From a virus (Duplodnaviria; Caudoviricetes): 35,814 nt of DNA. Below are positions 1 through 9,153 of this stretch, one piece after another. Each line of letters begins with the position of its first letter. The first letter of the stretch is position 1. Below the pieces are notes generated by a model. The model made no database searches. It was not told where the DNA came from and saw only the letters and a program-made list of their open reading frames with translations. The stretch covers positions 1-35,814 of IMG/VR virus record IMGVR_UViG_3300025635_001387. One strand, written 5' to 3'. The position numbers and the translations under genes are program-made.

Positions 1-267
1 CGGCAGGCTCTTGTCGCCGGGGTACACCTCAGTGACGTTTAGCGTCTTGGCGACCGGCGTGTCCCAATCGTGCGACCACACGCCTTTAGGCGTGACGCGG
101 GCGAGGCCAAGCGACGTTGCGCCCGGCACGACAACGTCGCCGTCCTTGTCCTCGTTGCCCGACACGCTAACGAGCGCCTGCACGACGCCCTGCGCCTTGT
201 CGATGACCTTCGTGTCCAGCGGGGTCGGCACCGAAACCGAACGGCTGACGGGAGTGATGGCAGTCAT
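1..267 (-). CDS. HK97-type prohead (maturation) protease, N-terminal part; runs off the window
   Basis: Hand translation from ATG 267 (GAGG upstream): MTAITPVSRSVSVPTPLDTKVIDKAQGVVQALVSVSGNEDKDGDVVVPGA...KGVWSHDWDTPVAKTL..VYPGDKSLP. The GN-D-DGDVxxPGA and W-HD motifs are typical of caudoviral prohead proteases. Directly downstream of the portal; not in the ORF track because it is truncated. Confidence 0.8.
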   Translation of the reverse strand, partial: MTAITPVSRSVSVPTPLDTKVIDKAQGVVQALVSVSGNEDKDGDVVVPGATSLGLARVTPKGVWSHDWDTPVAKTLNVTEVYPGDKSLP

Positions 268-321
268 GTGCGCCTCGCTTGTGGGCGGTCTGATCGTGTA
301 TAGAGGCTAGCCGAGCAGACG

Positions 322-2577
322 TTACGAGCCGAGGAGGTCACCGAGGAACGTGTCCGGGTTGTCGAGGTCCACCACGAAGTTGAGGACACAGCGACAGTTG
401 ACAGACTCGTCGCCGCCCGCTGGGTCGCCCGGCCCGTCCATCATCGTGCCATCTACGTCAAACAAGTCGTCTATAGGAATGATGACGCCGTCCATGTCTT
501 CATGTGACGGGCGCACTCGGTCGTCGCCCGAGGCGTTCCACTCCTTGCCTTTGACCACGCCGCCGTCGCGGGCGGCGATCAGCTGCCCCTCGTTGACGGA
601 CCCTGCGACCTCCGTGCGAGCAATCGTCATGGCTCGGGTACGGGATGCATCATCGAACACTTGCTGTACCCGGGCGGCAAGGTCGTTGAACCCTTCGCCT
701 GCTTGCTGCCCTTGATCGAGCGTACGAGTAAGCCTGTCCAGCGTCGCGCCGTTCACGCCGTCAAGCCGCGCTAAACGTCGCTCCAAGGCTGCACGTACGT
801 TCGGCGTCTGTACGTTGAAGATCGGCGCAGGTACGCCGGGCCGTGCCGGGTTGAACGTGTCGAACATGCCCTGACCGGCTTCGCGATACACGTCTTCCAA
901 CACGGGCATCATGATGTCGCGCAGTTCGCGGTTCCACTTGAACGGGTCAAACAAGCGGCGCACGTCCACCTCTTTCGCGGTCGGCTCGTAGCGGTCGAGC
1001 CATGTTCCCTTGCGGACCTTTGGACCGCCGAGGCGTGCAAGCGTGACCGACGCCTGCCGGTCGAAGAAGCGGCGCAGCTCGGTGACCACAATCTTCTCCT
1101 GCCGGTCTAGGTACAGGTCGGCAAGGTAACGCCGCTCGGTGCGTGTCAGCCCTGTCCGACGTGCGGCAGCAGCGGGGATTAGTGGCGGTGGCGGGTCGGC
1201 CTTGGCCTCGTCGGGAAACCTGCCGCCCTCAATGGCGGCGACCTCCTTGACGTCGGCAGGTGTTGCGCTCGCGGCCTGCAACTCTGGCGTCGATGCGTCG
1301 GTGGCGCTCTGCGTACCCGACGTACTCTGCGCCTCGCTGTTCGACGGTGCGACCGCGCCTGCCATGCCGCCCGCATACGGCAGCACACTGGACCCAATGA
1401 ACAGCGACGTGGTGCCCGCCTCGCCGAACGGTTCACGGCCCGTTGCCTCGCGGTACTCGTCGGCGGTGATTAGCCCGGCGGCGAACTCCATGCGCAGTTC
1501 CTCGCGGCGTGTTTGCTCTGCACGCTGCAACGCTTCGACACCGGCCAAGTCGAACGCAACGAACGTGGTCGGGTCGCCGTCGGCCTGGTCGAACGCCGAG
1601 GCCACAAGGTCAAGGTGGCCGAGCATTGTCTCTTGCCAGAACACTTCACGTTCGGCGTCGGCGTTAGCGAACGTCTGGCCCGATGCGTTGCCAAGGACTG
1701 TCTCGGTGGCACCGAACGCGAGCAGGATTTCTTCCTTGGTAAGGCTGCGCATCTCGACGTATTGCGCATCGCGTGGCGTTGTTGCCATGTCGGCAATGTC
1801 CAGCCCTTCGGCTTCGATTACACGCCACTCTCCGGCCTTGCCTGCACCGCCCGTGAAGTACGACTTCAGTTCATCGGCGTCGTCGGGGAGCAGGTTGCCT
1901 TTGATGCTGATTAGCCCGCCGGGCCTGCCGTCGTTCTTCAGAAAGGTGGCGTTGTAGAGACGCGCAAGGTAGTCGGTGTCGATGGCGATACCGGCCGCTT
2001 CGATGGGCGTCATGCTGCGGTACGGGTCGAGCGGGTGCGGGTTGCGCAACCACAAGACGTTCTCGGGCTCGACGCGCATCTTCGTCTGCCCGACAATGAC
2101 TTCGTAGTAGGCCACGAACGTGTCGGGGTCGGGGATGGCGCTGGTCTTGTGCGGCGGCAAGAGGTGCATTGCCATGACGTTGCCTGCACGGTCGGGCACC
2201 ATCTCGATGAACGCACCGCGAGGCGACAGGAGCAACTGTGCCGACAGCCGTGCACGGAACTGTGCAGCAGACTCCAGCATGTTCGGTCGGTAGTTGAGCA
2301 GCGGAAGCAGCGGGTGGTTCTCAATGAGTGCGCCACGCATTGGGTCGTCCTGCCGCACGATAAGCGGTAGCCGCGCCTGGTTCGTTGCGATGGCTTGCAC
2401 ACAACGGAACACCCACGTCGTGCGGTCATACGATTCCCGTACCGCCTTCTCGACATCGGTGATGGTCGAGGCTGGCGTGTACGCGCGCCCGAACTTCTGT
2501 TTGTTGAGGCCTGACGCCCGTTCGATCTCGGCGGTCTTGCGTTCGGTGCGGTCACCGAAGGAAGGCAGGAACTTCAT
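322..2577 (-). CDS. Portal protein (HK97-like) fused to a C-terminal MuF/head-morphogenesis domain
   Basis: Portal motifs (WVFRCVQAIA, LLNYRPN, NPHPLDPYRSMTPIEAA, FLKNDGRPGG, KEEILLAFG, TFANA). C-terminal RAMTIARTEV...KEW...DDRVRPSH...PGDP...NCRC is MuF-like. Start moved to MKFLP (ATG 2577), which overlaps the upstream stop as ATGA. Confidence 0.9.
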   Translation of the reverse strand: MKFLPSFGDRTERKTAEIERASGLNKQKFGRAYTPASTITDVEKAVRESYDRTTWVFRCVQAIATNQARLPLIVRQDDPMRGALIENHPLLPLLNYRPNMLESAAQFRARLSAQLLLSPRGAFIEMVPDRAGNVMAMHLLPPHKTSAIPDPDTFVAYYEVIVGQTKMRVEPENVLWLRNPHPLDPYRSMTPIEAAGIAIDTDYLARLYNATFLKNDGRPGGLISIKGNLLPDDADELKSYFTGGAGKAGEWRVIEAEGLDIADMATTPRDAQYVEMRSLTKEEILLAFGATETVLGNASGQTFANADAEREVFWQETMLGHLDLVASAFDQADGDPTTFVAFDLAGVEALQRAEQTRREELRMEFAAGLITADEYREATGREPFGEAGTTSLFIGSSVLPYAGGMAGAVAPSNSEAQSTSGTQSATDASTPELQAASATPADVKEVAAIEGGRFPDEAKADPPPPLIPAAAARRTGLTRTERRYLADLYLDRQEKIVVTELRRFFDRQASVTLARLGGPKVRKGTWLDRYEPTAKEVDVRRLFDPFKWNRELRDIMMPVLEDVYREAGQGMFDTFNPARPGVPAPIFNVQTPNVRAALERRLARLDGVNGATLDRLTRTLDQGQQAGEGFNDLAARVQQVFDDASRTRAMTIARTEVAGSVNEGQLIAARDGGVVKGKEWNASGDDRVRPSHEDMDGVIIPIDDLFDVDGTMMDGPGDPAGGDESVNCRCVLNFVVDLDNPDTFLGDLLGS

Positions 2578-2747
2578 GCGCCACTCCCGTCCTCGCTGTC
2601 GAAGCCGAGCAGCATCGCCACCAAGAACAGGAAGACGCCTAACACCATGATGCCAACTGCCGGGTTGACGGCGAGGCCTGCACCTATCGTGACGCACACC
2701 CCCGACAAGAGCATGGTGGCCATCGTGGCCTGTTCGCGCGGGTTCAT
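2574..2747 (-). CDS. Small two-TM membrane protein between TerL and portal (57 aa)
   Basis: Hand translation MNPREQATMATMLLSGVCVTIGAGLAVNPAVGIMVLGVFLFLVAMLLGFDSEDGSGA. Fills the gap exactly, and its stop overlaps the portal ATG. Confidence 0.75.
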   Translation of the reverse strand: MNPREQATMATMLLSGVCVTIGAGLAVNPAVGIMVLGVFLFLVAMLLGFDSEDGSGA

Positions 2748-2780
2748 CGTTGCCAGGCTAGACGAGGCCGACCGTTCAGC

Positions 2781-4109
2781 TTAGACAAGGACCCGAGAGG
2801 TCGGTGCAGTGATTGTCGAGTGAGCGCCAGCGAGGGCGTCGATGCGGTCGTCGTGCTCGACGTGTGGGAACGCGTCCATCTGGTCGAGGAGGCCTTGCAA
2901 CCATGCCCCTCGGACCACCGACAGGTGACCGTTGTTGATGGTCGGGGCGAGCATGCGGATCCTGTTCTCCTTGGCTCCGGTGGGCCTGTCGCCCGTGACG
3001 TGGTAGCCGCGCAGGACGTTGCGTCGGTAGTGGCTGATGAGGCTCTTGCCGCTGGCACCCGGCTCCTCTTCGATGAAGATGCTGACGGCCCTGCCATCTC
3101 GGTCGGCGGTGCGTTGCAGGGTGGCCTCCACGACGTGCGGCTCGGCACGGATGGCGACCATGTGTTCGATGCGCTCCAGGCCAGTGTCGAGGTCGATGGC
3201 GAGCAGCACCCCGACTGTCTCGTCGGGGTCGTAGCCGTCCTTGACTTGCGTGGACGCAAGGTCCCAATAGCGCACGCGCCGGTAGCGGCGGTCGTCGGAA
3301 GGCCACGGGCCGTCAACGAACTGCACCGCATCGGTGTCGAAGACGGTGGCCCCTTCCTTGACGGACCAGTCGCCACGGCGCAGCCGTTCGTAGTTGACGG
3401 GGTCGAGGAGTTGCAGCGCCTGCTCGTACTCGTCGGCGTCTAGGTACGGGTTGTCCTCAAGGAGCGACGGGATGAAGATCGTGCCGGGGTTGCGTGTGTC
3501 TTGGTTGACGAACCGGCGGTACACCCACTCATGACCGGGACCGCCAGGGTTGCTCGCTGCTCGCATACGCAACGGCACGTCGGCAAGGGTCACGCCGTCG
3601 TCGGCTGCACCATCGGCATGACTTGGGCGGCGCACACGCGAGAACAGGAACCGGTATTGATGCTCGGGGAACTGTGTGACTTCATCGAACGCCACGAACT
3701 GGAACTCGGCCGACTGGTAGCGCAGGTGATCGCGTGCCGACTCCAAGTACCCGAAGGTAAGTGATGCACCGGACGGGAAGTGCCAGGTGTGTTCGTTGGG
3801 CGAGTAGCGCGCGTCGGTGGGGCCGAGCCATTCCCGTGCACGGTCGAGGAGCGCGCCAGGCAACGCAAGGTCTGCGAAGCTGCGCCGCAAGAGCAGAGCG
3901 GCGTAGCCGGGCACGTCGGCGAACTGCAATGCGGCCATGAGCAGCCCGTCGCTCTTGCCGCCTCCTGCTGCACCACCGAACAGCGCCTCGCGGCATCGCA
4001 GCTGTAGGAACACACGCTGTGCAGGCGTCGGGTCGTGCGCAACGTATGGCGTGAGGCGTGCGACACCGGGCGATGCCATACACGGACTTCCGAACGTCGC
4101 AGCGTTCAT
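2781..4109 (-). CDS. terL: Terminase large subunit
   Basis: Walker A FGGAAGGGKS, Walker B VAFDEVTQF, coupling motif RAASNPGGPGHEWV, nuclease RYWDLAS and HDDRIDA. Start at ATG 4109 (ATGA overlap) or 4079. Confidence 0.93.
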   Translation of the reverse strand: MNAATFGSPCMASPGVARLTPYVAHDPTPAQRVFLQLRCREALFGGAAGGGKSDGLLMAALQFADVPGYAALLLRRSFADLALPGALLDRAREWLGPTDARYSPNEHTWHFPSGASLTFGYLESARDHLRYQSAEFQFVAFDEVTQFPEHQYRFLFSRVRRPSHADGAADDGVTLADVPLRMRAASNPGGPGHEWVYRRFVNQDTRNPGTIFIPSLLEDNPYLDADEYEQALQLLDPVNYERLRRGDWSVKEGATVFDTDAVQFVDGPWPSDDRRYRRVRYWDLASTQVKDGYDPDETVGVLLAIDLDTGLERIEHMVAIRAEPHVVEATLQRTADRDGRAVSIFIEEEPGASGKSLISHYRRNVLRGYHVTGDRPTGAKENRIRMLAPTINNGHLSVVRGAWLQGLLDQMDAFPHVEHDDRIDALAGAHSTITAPTSRVLV

Positions 4110-4438
4110 GCGGTTTGGAGAAGGTGAAGTCCCACGCCAAGTATGCGATGAGCAACGGTGCGCGTGATGCGTGTGGTCTTGCCGTTGCGGATGCGTGACA
4201 GGGTGGCGCAGCTGATGTCGGTGTGCGCTGCGATGGTGGAGCAAGGCATCCCGTGGCTGGTCAGGTAGTCGATGTGGGCGCGGGCTTCGTTGGCTTCGTG
4301 TCGGGTGGCCCACACGACTTTGCGTCGGCCTGCCTTGTACGCCTGGTGATACAGGTTGGCGCTCTGCTTGCACACGTCGCACCTGCACCCGTGGTTTGTG
4401 TACCGGCTGCGTCCGTGTCTAGGTGTCGTGGTGTCCAT
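4106..4438 (-). CDS. HTH DNA-binding protein with N-terminal HG..Y..HGCRCxxC motif
   Basis: MDTTTPRHGRSRYTNHGCRCDVC...GMPCSTIAAHTDISCATLSRIRNG. Lies between TerS and TerL; start moved to ATG 4438. Confidence 0.7.
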   Translation of the reverse strand: MDTTTPRHGRSRYTNHGCRCDVCKQSANLYHQAYKAGRRKVVWATRHEANEARAHIDYLTSHGMPCSTIAAHTDISCATLSRIRNGKTTRITRTVAHRILGVGLHLLQTA

Positions 4439-4937
4439 TGCCGTTTCCGTTGCTGTTCGGGTCGGGCGGTTCGTAGGCGGGTAGCTCGTCGGCCACTGCC
4501 GCGTCGAGCAGCCCGGCTCTGACCATGATGGCGCGTTGCTGTTCCATTGCTCGCACGTCGACGGGTTGTGCGGGCACGGCTCGTAGCTCGATGGGACCGC
4601 CACCGTTGCCGACCATTTCGGTGCGGGTCTGCCTTCCCCAACGGTCGGGGAGGCCACGTTCGAGCAGCCACGCCGCCGCCTTCCAGTCGTTGGGTGCAGC
4701 CTGCACGATCAGCCCGGCAAGGTACGACTCCCGTTCGGCTCGCGCGCGCATGACGGACTCCCGAAACTGGCGTCGGGGGTCGTCGGGTTCGGCGTCGGTG
4801 CCTTCTTGCATCCATCGGTAGAAGGTGGTGTCGCTGATGCCTGCGGCGTTGGCTGCGACTTCGTTGGTGACGCCGGTCTTGATGAAGGCGACGATCTTGG
4901 CGTGTGTGTCGGGCGTCAGTTTCTGTGGTCGTGCCAT
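4419..4937 (-). CDS. Terminase small subunit (HTH type)
   Basis: MARPQKLTPD...VAANAAGISDTTFYRW...DWKAAAWLLER..PDRWG...GNGGGPI is a typical phage TerS pattern, upstream of TerL. Confidence 0.8.
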   Translation of the reverse strand: MARPQKLTPDTHAKIVAFIKTGVTNEVAANAAGISDTTFYRWMQEGTDAEPDDPRRQFRESVMRARAERESYLAGLIVQAAPNDWKAAAWLLERGLPDRWGRQTRTEMVGNGGGPIELRAVPAQPVDVRAMEQQRAIMVRAGLLDAAVADELPAYEPPDPNSNGNGNGHHDT

Positions 4938-4938
4938 G

Positions 4939-6519
4939 TCATTTGATGGTAGAGGCGTACAGGGTTCCGTCGGCCCACACGTAGTCGGTGCGTCCCCATT
5001 GCATGGCGCTGGCGGCGTCGGGGAAGAAGCCGATGCCTGGCCCGTTGGCTGAGGTGTTGCAGAGGACGGGGATGTTGGTGGCGTGTGCGTAGCCGCCGAG
5101 GATGGCGGTGGTGGTTGGACATTGGGTGGCGTCGATGGTTTGCAGGCGTGCCGAGTTGTCGATGTGTCGGATGGCGGGGATGGTGTTGAGGTGTTCGGGC
5201 CTGACTTGGTGGTCGTAGAGCATGTAGGGGTCGGGGGTGCCGGGGTTGAAGTAGGTGGGTGCGTGGTCGGCGAGTGCGATGGGTGCGACTGGCCGGTAGG
5301 ACTCTCGGCGTTTGATGTGGTTGAGGGTGGCTTGCATGTCGGGGTTGGTGGCGGGTGCGAGGATGCTGCGGTGGCCGAGGGCGCGTGGTCCGAGTTCGGC
5401 GTTGCCGTGCAGGACGATGTGCGGCTGGCCGGTGTGTGCGATGTGTTCCCCGAGTTGTTTGGGTGTGAGGGTGCCGATGGTGGCCCATCCGTCGGGGACG
5501 TTTGAGGGTTGCAGGCGTGGTCCGCTGTAGACGTTCCAGTTGAGGTGCGGTGCGGTGTGTGCGAGGTGGGCGGCTGCTGCTCCGATTGCGCCGCCGCTGT
5601 CGTTGGGGAAGGGCGGGATCCATGTGTCGGGGTGTTGGGTGCGGATGGCGTTGTTCCATTTGATGTTGAGGAAGCTGCCGCCGGACATGCAGAGCGGTCC
5701 GGTGATGTGGGCGAGGCGTTCGGTGATGATGGTGGCGATGGCATGTTGGAAGCTGCTCATCCATGCTGCACCGTTGCCGAGGTTGGTGAACTGGCCTGCG
5801 ACTTGGTTGACGAGGTTGTAGGCGTCGACGGGCGAGTCGATGTTGGTGGCGTTGTTGAGTGCGTCGGTCCAGGCGTCGACGATGTGCGGGTCGGGGTCGT
5901 CGTGTGCGGCGTATGCCATCGCCTTGCCGGGGATGGTGAGGTTGTAGTGCGACCAGTTGGGTTCGCCGTAGGGCAGCGTGCCTCGCATGTGTGGTTCGAC
6001 GGCTTTCCACGCTTGCCGGTATGGCTCGCAGTGCGATGCGACGATTGGGTAGATGCTGCCGGTGACGGGGAGGATGGTGGTCTTGCGTTCGATGTGTGGG
6101 CCGTCTACGAGGTAGAGGTTGGCGTACATGCCGCCGTCCCATACGAGGACGTGTGTTGGTCCGTGCCATTGCGGCGGTCGGGTCATGTAGGTGCCGTAGA
6201 CGTGACCGATGGCGTGCGGGTATGCGTAGGTCGGGACGGGTCGCCCGTCGAAGAGTGTGTGCGCGAGCCGGTGCGTGGTGGTGTCGGTGTAGTCGTAGGT
6301 TGCAGGGCCGTTCCACCATCCGTCGTACACGATGGTGTCGATGTCTGCCGGGTCGATGCGGTGTTGCCGAAGTTGGTGTGCTGTCCAGTCGAGTCCTGGG
6401 TAGGTCGCGTACCGTTCGCGGTTGTCGACCTTCTCGGCTTCGACGGCAAGGATGAGGGTGTCGCCGTCGATCACGGCGAAGCTGCCGTCGTGTCCTTGTG
6501 CCTTGATGCCGAGCAGCAT
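4939..6519 (-). CDS. Carbamoyltransferase (NodU/CmcH/TobZ family)
   Basis: GHDGS..EAEK, HAIGH, SGGSFLNIKWN, PFPNDSGGAIGAA, ELGPRALGHRSILA, IKRRESYRPVAP, HIDNSARLQT, VLCNTSAN. RBS AAGGAG upstream. Confidence 0.92.
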   Translation of the reverse strand: MLLGIKAQGHDGSFAVIDGDTLILAVEAEKVDNRERYATYPGLDWTAHQLRQHRIDPADIDTIVYDGWWNGPATYDYTDTTTHRLAHTLFDGRPVPTYAYPHAIGHVYGTYMTRPPQWHGPTHVLVWDGGMYANLYLVDGPHIERKTTILPVTGSIYPIVASHCEPYRQAWKAVEPHMRGTLPYGEPNWSHYNLTIPGKAMAYAAHDDPDPHIVDAWTDALNNATNIDSPVDAYNLVNQVAGQFTNLGNGAAWMSSFQHAIATIITERLAHITGPLCMSGGSFLNIKWNNAIRTQHPDTWIPPFPNDSGGAIGAAAAHLAHTAPHLNWNVYSGPRLQPSNVPDGWATIGTLTPKQLGEHIAHTGQPHIVLHGNAELGPRALGHRSILAPATNPDMQATLNHIKRRESYRPVAPIALADHAPTYFNPGTPDPYMLYDHQVRPEHLNTIPAIRHIDNSARLQTIDATQCPTTTAILGGYAHATNIPVLCNTSANGPGIGFFPDAASAMQWGRTDYVWADGTLYASTIK

Positions 6520-6531
6520 GGCGTCTCCTTG

Positions 6532-7395
6532 CTAGTTGGCGAGTGCGGTGAACTCGGCGCGGGTTGCAGCGTTGTCGAGTAGTGCGCCTCGCATGGCGCT
6601 GGTGGTCATGACGCCGCGTGGTTTGCGGATGCCTCGGCAGGTCATGCAGGAGTGGGTGGCCCGCACGATGACGCCGACGCCTTCGGGTTGCAGGTGTTGC
6701 TCTAGTGCGTCTGCGATCTGTTCGGTCATGCGTTCTTGGACTTGAAGCCGGCGAGCGTACATGTCGACGAGGCGTGCGAGTTTGCTGAGGCCGACGACGC
6801 GGTTGTTGCCGGGGATGTAGCCGATGGTGGCGGTGCCGGTGAAGGGCAGCATGTGGTGTTCGCACATGCTGACGAAGTCGATGGTGTCGAGGACGATGAG
6901 GCCGGTGTAGCCGTCGTTGTCGAAGGTGCGGGAGAGAATGTCGGCGGCGTTGTGGCTGTACCCGCTGGTCATTTCGGTGAGGGCTTTGACGACGCGTTTG
7001 GGCGTGTCGGTTAGTCCTTCCCGTGTGGGGTCTTCGCCGATGTGTTGGAGCAGGCGGATGACGGCGTCGGTGGGGCCGTGTTGTTCGTCAGTGTCGGCTT
7101 CCCACGGGAACACGTACCACTCGTCGGGGTGCGCCTTGGTGTAGAGCGCGGCGAATGGTTTCCCGGCGTACCGCTTGCGAGTGGTGCCACTGTCGATGAG
7201 GTCGTCAACGATCAGCGTGTCGGGCAGTTCGGGGGTGCTGACAAGTCGGTGTCCGCCGTAGGCGGCGACGAGTGCGGCGGGGATGAGGCCTCCTCGGGGG
7301 ACGCCGTACACGTTGCGGATGCGCGTGTCCCATTGGTCAACGATGGTGCGGGCCGCGTACTGCACCCCTTCCCATGTGATGATGCGTTGCTTCAT
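6532..7395 (-). CDS. folE: Type I phosphoribosyltransferase (Gpt-like) fused to GTP cyclohydrolase I
   Basis: N-terminal [24 protein letters not shown] (PRPP loop) and WYVFPWE. C-terminal [56 protein letters not shown]. Start ATG 7395 overlaps the queE stop. Confidence 0.92.
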   Translation of the reverse strand: MKQRIITWEGVQYAARTIVDQWDTRIRNVYGVPRGGLIPAALVAAYGGHRLVSTPELPDTLIVDDLIDSGTTRKRYAGKPFAALYTKAHPDEWYVFPWEADTDEQHGPTDAVIRLLQHIGEDPTREGLTDTPKRVVKALTEMTSGYSHNAADILSRTFDNDGYTGLIVLDTIDFVSMCEHHMLPFTGTATIGYIPGNNRVVGLSKLARLVDMYARRLQVQERMTEQIADALEQHLQPEGVGVIVRATHSCMTCRGIRKPRGVMTTSAMRGALLDNAATRAEFTALAN

Positions 7396-8096
7396 ACGCC
7401 CCTCTTGTCGTCCCAGAGCTGAACGTGCAGCCGGTTGGATAGGTTGATGCGTCGTTCCAGTGCGTATGGCGCGAGCCAGCACAACCCGTCGATGATGTCT
7501 TGCATGTTGCGACCTTCGGGCATGATCCATGTGCGTTGTCGTGGCAGGTGCAGGGTGCGGATGAGGTCGTCGAGTGCGGTGAGGTCGGCGTGGTGTTGGA
7601 TGACGAACTTGAAGTGGCTGCGCGCGTGGTCGATGTAGCGGTGCAGCACTTCGGGTTTGATTGCCTTCTCGTAGGCGACGCCACTGCTGAGCAGTTTGGG
7701 TGACACGTTGAAGCGGACGCGTGGACTGTCGAGTAGTTCGCGTGGCGGTTGGATGGTGCCGTTCGTTTCGATCTCGATGGTGCCGTCCCACTGGTCTACG
7801 AGTGCGATGCACGCTGCACGTTGGACGAGTGGTTCGCCGCCGGTGATGATGAGGTTGGTGGGCGGTTTCTGTCGAAGGTGGTCGATGACTGCGCTGACGG
7901 GCACCTCGGTGAGTTCTTTGGTGGGGTCGTGGCGTGTCCAGTCCCACGTGTAGGGCGTGTCGCACCATGAACAGTCGAGGTTGCAGCGTCCGAGGCGCAC
8001 GAAGCTGCTGTACGTCCCGGCGGTCGGACCTTCGCCTTGGAAGGTCGGGCCGAACATTTCGGCGATGATGATGCGTTGTTCGTTCACCATGTGCAC
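7392..8096 (-). CDS. queE: 7-carboxy-7-deazaguanine synthase (radical SAM)
   Basis: [27 protein letters not shown] (CX3CX2C), ITGGEPL, IETNGT, VSPKL, RLHVQLW. Confidence 0.95.
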   Translation of the reverse strand: MHMVNEQRIIIAEMFGPTFQGEGPTAGTYSSFVRLGRCNLDCSWCDTPYTWDWTRHDPTKELTEVPVSAVIDHLRQKPPTNLIITGGEPLVQRAACIALVDQWDGTIEIETNGTIQPPRELLDSPRVRFNVSPKLLSSGVAYEKAIKPEVLHRYIDHARSHFKFVIQHHADLTALDDLIRTLHLPRQRTWIMPEGRNMQDIIDGLCWLAPYALERRINLSNRLHVQLWDDKRGV

Positions 8097-8515
8097 TCGG
8101 CTCGGCTGGTTGGTGTCTCAAGGACGGTGACGCGGGACAGGCGCATGTGTTCGCGGTGCAGGTGCGGTGCGATGTCGTCGGCAATGATGCCGACGAGGTT
8201 CTCGGCGGTGGGCACGCTGTCGATGACAACTACTTTCCAGCCGAGGCTGTTGTCGAGCGCGTCGAGCATGGCGTCGTCGCCTGCCCACACGATGAACCCG
8301 TGGTCGTACACGTCGTGGACGTACAGGGTGAGGATGTCCTTGAGGACGCTGAAGTCGATGACCATGCCGCCCTCGGAGCGTCCGTCGGCGGGCTGGATGA
8401 TGCCTTCGACTTCAACCTCGACGACGTAACGGTGGCCGTGCGGGTTGGAACACTTCGACGTGTGGTGCGGGACACGATGCCCGGCGTCGAACTCGATGCG
8501 CTTGCTGATTCTCAT
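8084..8515 (-). CDS. queD: 6-carboxy-5,6,7,8-tetrahydropterin synthase
   Basis: [42 protein letters not shown]. Start ATG 8515 overlaps the upstream stop. Confidence 0.95.
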   Translation of the reverse strand: MRISKRIEFDAGHRVPHHTSKCSNPHGHRYVVEVEVEGIIQPADGRSEGGMVIDFSVLKDILTLYVHDVYDHGFIVWAGDDAMLDALDNSLGWKVVVIDSVPTAENLVGIIADDIAPHLHREHMRLSRVTVLETPTSRAECTW

Positions 8516-9153
8516 GCTGGTCCTTGTCGGGTGTTGTCGTACCGTTCGGGCATGGCAGGAAGTCCTGCGGCATTGCAGAAGTTGGTGATGGCGTCGGTGG
8601 TGGTGTCGACACGTCGAACGATGCAGCCGGTGCGCATCCAACGCCGGGCGACGACACGGGGCAGGACGGCGACGGCGTCGGGGTTGGGCCACCCGAGTCG
8701 GGGTGGCAGCAGCGTCGCCGCCCACACTGCGAATCGGCGGTGTGCGCCAAACTTGCCAAGCTCCCGGTGACGTCGCTTTAGAAGCCGCCATAGGCCGGTT
8801 TCCGTGACGATGACGATGTCGGGCCGGAGTTCGGCTGCGATGTGCTGCACCGCCTTGCGGTCGGCCATGCACAACGATTCGTGGCTGATGACGACGATCT
8901 TGCCGTCGCGACGTGCGGCGCGTGCGTTGGTGACGATGGCGTGCCATGCGCTGCGACTGGTCGCACGTTGCAGGGTTGCACCGTCGATCTGCAGTCCTGC
9001 CGCTTCCCATCCCCAATCGTTGCAGCCGTTGCCGTCGGCGGCGGTGTGTTGGTTGGTGAACACGGTGTAGGTCGCGCGCGGAAGGTTGCTGTCGAGCGCA
9101 CGTTGGATGCTGGTCGTGCCGGTCTTGGGTAGGCCGACGTGCAGGATGATCAT
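8512..9153 (-). CDS. Sulfotransferase-like P-loop protein (213 aa)
   Basis: MIILHVGLPKTGTTSIQ resembles the 5'-phosphosulfate-binding loop of PAPS-dependent sulfotransferases, with downstream VVISHESL. Coupled on both sides (TAATG and ATGA overlaps). Confidence 0.7.
   Translation of the reverse strand: MIILHVGLPKTGTTSIQRALDSNLPRATYTVFTNQHTAADGNGCNDWGWEAAGLQIDGATLQRATSRSAWHAIVTNARAARRDGKIVVISHESLCMADRKAVQHIAAELRPDIVIVTETGLWRLLKRRHRELGKFGAHRRFAVWAATLLPPRLGWPNPDAVAVLPRVVARRWMRTGCIVRRVDTTTDAITNFCNAAGLPAMPERYDNTRQGPA

Noticed and set aside
4938-6865. Pro/Ser/Thr- and Arg/His-rich ORFs (upstream part of 4419..5744, 4916..6865, 5509..6582)
   Set aside because: Shadow frames of the C/A-biased carbamoyltransferase gene.
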